Below, in pieces: positions 61,271-64,000 of a stretch of DNA of 64,000 nt. Origin of the DNA: Macrostomum lignano (taxonomy: Eukaryota). The first letter of the stretch is position 1; each line of letters opens with the position of its first letter. A program made the position numbers and the translations under genes. Under the pieces are notes generated by a model. The model was not told where the DNA came from and made no database searches. It worked only from the letters and a program-made list of their open reading frames with translations. The stretch covers positions 372,001 through 436,000 of the forward strand of contig NIVC01000137.1 of NCBI GenBank assembly GCA_002269645.1, read 5' to 3'.

Positions 61271-61896
61271 GCCTTGAAGTAGAGAGTAATTTTGAGTAGC
61301 ACATCGGGCTAAATGTGCTTTGATGCTCATTTTCGTGTCCCTGTGCACATTAATTGCAAGTTTGCTTTAAGACTTTAATTCATACTAATAGAATAAAACA
61401 TTCAATTCGCAGGTTCATCAAACGATATTTCGCTGGAAAATCAGCCGGCTCGACCTGGGCAGAAAGAAGAAGAGAACGAGGAAGACCTGATGGAGGGTGA
61501 GTTGCGTGCTTTTGCACTCACTCAGTTTGTGATTGTCAAATGTATGAACAACTTTATTAAGATAATAAGGATATTTTGGTCACTTCTTAAGTCGTGACCA
61601 GACTGCTTTCTTTAAGATTCAAAGAAAATATAGTATTAATCGGAATCCCAAGATTCTTAATCCCTACAATGCGGTGTGTTCCAGCATGACTGAATACTCG
61701 GGTGGGGACTTGTCATGGTTCATGCAAAATCTTAAAGGCTAATTATTATAAAAGCTTTATTTTACAATCTTGATGTAGTTTTCATGTAAAAGAGCTTCAT
61801 GCAGTTTTAGTTTTACATCCAGCACATCCTAGCTCTACGATCGATCGTTGGAATCCTTTTTTGAGGCGGGGTAATTCGGGACTTGAGCTGGCAGCT

Positions 61897-62864
61897 TGAA
61901 GAGTTGATTCGGGAGGTGATCAGTCTCCCGAAAATTCCCACGTCCAGACACTTAAGCCTGGGAACAAAATTAACGTGTTCACTTACTGTGGCGGGCTCTT
62001 CTTCTGTGTCGGGCAGGTTCTCCGAGCTCGTTCCTTGTTTCTTCTTTGTTGCGCGCGTTTGTAGAGTTCGCTTCTTCCAATCTTCTTCTCCGGAGGAATC
62101 TTCTTGAAGTCTTCGAAGTCCAAAGTCGGCCGAGAGTGAGAGCAGAACAGTGAAGTCGACGTCGAAATATCTCCTTGAGTGCGGGATTCAGTACGTTTCT
62201 CGAGTGCCAAATCAGTATCAACAGTGCGCCCTAATAAACTCAAATTCTAACGCGAGGTCCTCCAAAAGGGGGCGTCTTCTTCTAGATCTAACGGAATCGG
62301 AGTCGTGTTCTCCTATCTGTTAATCTAGGATAATCCAAATCAACAGTCAATAATCCTCTAAGGGTATCGAAATCGGTCCGCAGATCCTATCCAATCCCTT
62401 AGGAAAATGGGAGGCCTCAAATAGTCTCAGTGAAGTCAACGGATCAGCAACGGCCGGTCGGCAATAAAATCGCTCTCAATTAATCAAAATAACGAAGACT
62501 TGAACAACGCTTCTCAATTGATACGCTTCTCTCCCAGAGATATAGCCTCGATTAGTTGCTCTAACTAACCACAAGATCTTTTGAGGCTGCTCCGAGTCTG
62601 AGGTTTCAGCTCGGATTTTACGCTTATGTTTCTAGTCGAAATTTTGGTATATACTTAGTAGCGCAACTCATATTTCATCAGATTTCAACTTATTTCATCA
62701 TATTTCACCATAGTTGCAACTTGTCCCATGCTTCGTGGTACATTTTATTCACTGTCTTAAAGTAGAGTATGACAATTTTGCAATTTTTATAACATTCAAG
62801 TTTTTCGCATTTTTATGTTACTACTTACAGTAGTCTACTTGTAATGTTTCTGGAGATCTCTACA
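61897..62864 (-). mobile_element. Solo LTR (968 bp), copy 2
   Basis: Same TG...CA termini on the minus strand; 4-bp TSD AGCT (61893-61896 and 62865-62868); the same short ORFs appear in the track for both copies. Confidence 0.9.
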
Positions 62865-63145
62865 AGCTGAACACAATGACCAGCTTCTATTGATCGATTC
62901 CATTGGTACGAAGTAGTGCTTACAAGTGGCTTTCTTTAGCCCTGATGATGACTTTACGACAATTTAATGTCGATTCGGACAACAGAACTAAAATAACTAG
63001 ACCCGGGCATACATACGTAGTAAAACAGCTTTTTAATTTCAGTTCAGTAGCAAAGAAGAATACATAAGCTATTTTATAAGAATAAAGGCAGCTTTGATAA
63101 GTTTAGAAGCCGAGCTTGCATTCATCAGTTATGTAGCTCGTATAT

Positions 63146-63946
63146 TATCCAGCCCCCTGAAATGCACATGACAGCTTTAGGCTGGAATGCCGAGAAAGGC
63201 AATAAAATTGGGGTGGGGTGGGGGGTAGTGTGGAAGTCACGGTTGGGGAGTTTAGGCTTTAAAAATACATTAAAATGCCTCTGTTTACTTTACTACTGAA
63301 CTGAAAGTAGGTTGCACGAAAATTTGCTGAGTGGCCCATCTAGTTTTCTATCATCTGTGATTCGGACTGACAACTATTTGACTACCTGTCAATGACCATG
63401 ACATAATGACTGCCTGCCCTAACCCTAAAAAACCAACGGTAAGTCCTAAACCTAACCCTAACCTTAGCCTTGACCTAAACTTTTATGTCGAAAACTTTCG
63501 GTCGAAGCCAGTGTGTTGTCAGCAGTGAACTTCTTAATATGTTTCATGCCCTGTTGCGTGTATCAGAGATCGCCTGCTGAAGAATAGCAAGTATTAGAAT
63601 TCGGAGTTTATCTATTGTGAGTGTATGTATAGTTGTGTTAAAAATGTCAAGCACTTTATAAATAGTTAATTTTCTTTCGAACGTGTGTAGCTGCCAGTTG
63701 ACATTTCTCAGTTTTCAGCACAGATACTAGATTACTAGAATAACTGGAGTTAAAAGTAGTAGTTGTAGTAAGCGAAGCAAAGGCATTTTAATGTATTTCT
63801 AAAGCCAAGCCTCATTTATTGGCTCTTTATCCCCCTCAGCTTAAACCCTCCAACCGCGACTTCCACGCTACCCCGCCCCGCCCCAATCTTATTGCCTTTC
63901 TCGGAATTCCAGCCTAAAGCTGTCGTGCATTTCAGTGGACTGGCTA
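63146..63946. mobile_element. MITE-like element with ~110-bp imperfect terminal inverted repeats
   Basis: TGAAATGCAC..ACAGCTTTAGGCTGGAAT..AGAAAGGCAATAA..GGGGTAG.GTGGAAGTC.CGGTTGG at 63.15-63.26 kb is inverted at 63.84-63.94 kb. Confidence 0.6.
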
Positions 63947-64000
63947 AAGTACATTATTGCTGAACCAATTAACATGCTGTTTACGCCTGCAAGCTTGGGC

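Overview
This is animal genomic DNA, not a prokaryotic window. Spliceosomal introns packed with minisatellites suggest a free-living flatworm such as Macrostomum, but that assignment is inference. The left 34 kb carries the 5' part of a large minus-strand multi-exon gene for the DNA-PK catalytic subunit (PRKDC). It runs from a probable start exon at 33856-33988 off the left edge of the window and covers roughly the N-HEAT and M-HEAT regions. Most of its introns are filled by their own micro- or minisatellite. To the right lie an intronless ankyrin-like/SOCS-box gene (+), NAA38/LSMD1 (-) and a two-exon PEDS1/TMEM189 (-). Mobile DNA includes two copies of one ~1 kb solo LTR with 4-bp TSDs, an internally deleted mariner element, three copies of a tRNA-derived SINE, a Penelope-like RT relic, several MITE-like palindromes and a tandem array of Helitron-like 3' ends. 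The most unusual features are the intron-private tandem arrays, two inverted (foldback) pairs of arrays, and complementary microsatellites flanking a short PRKDC exon. Most other ORFs in the supplied track are repeat read-throughs or shadows of these genes. All homology calls come from recalled sequences, not database searches. Array limits and copy numbers are approximate.
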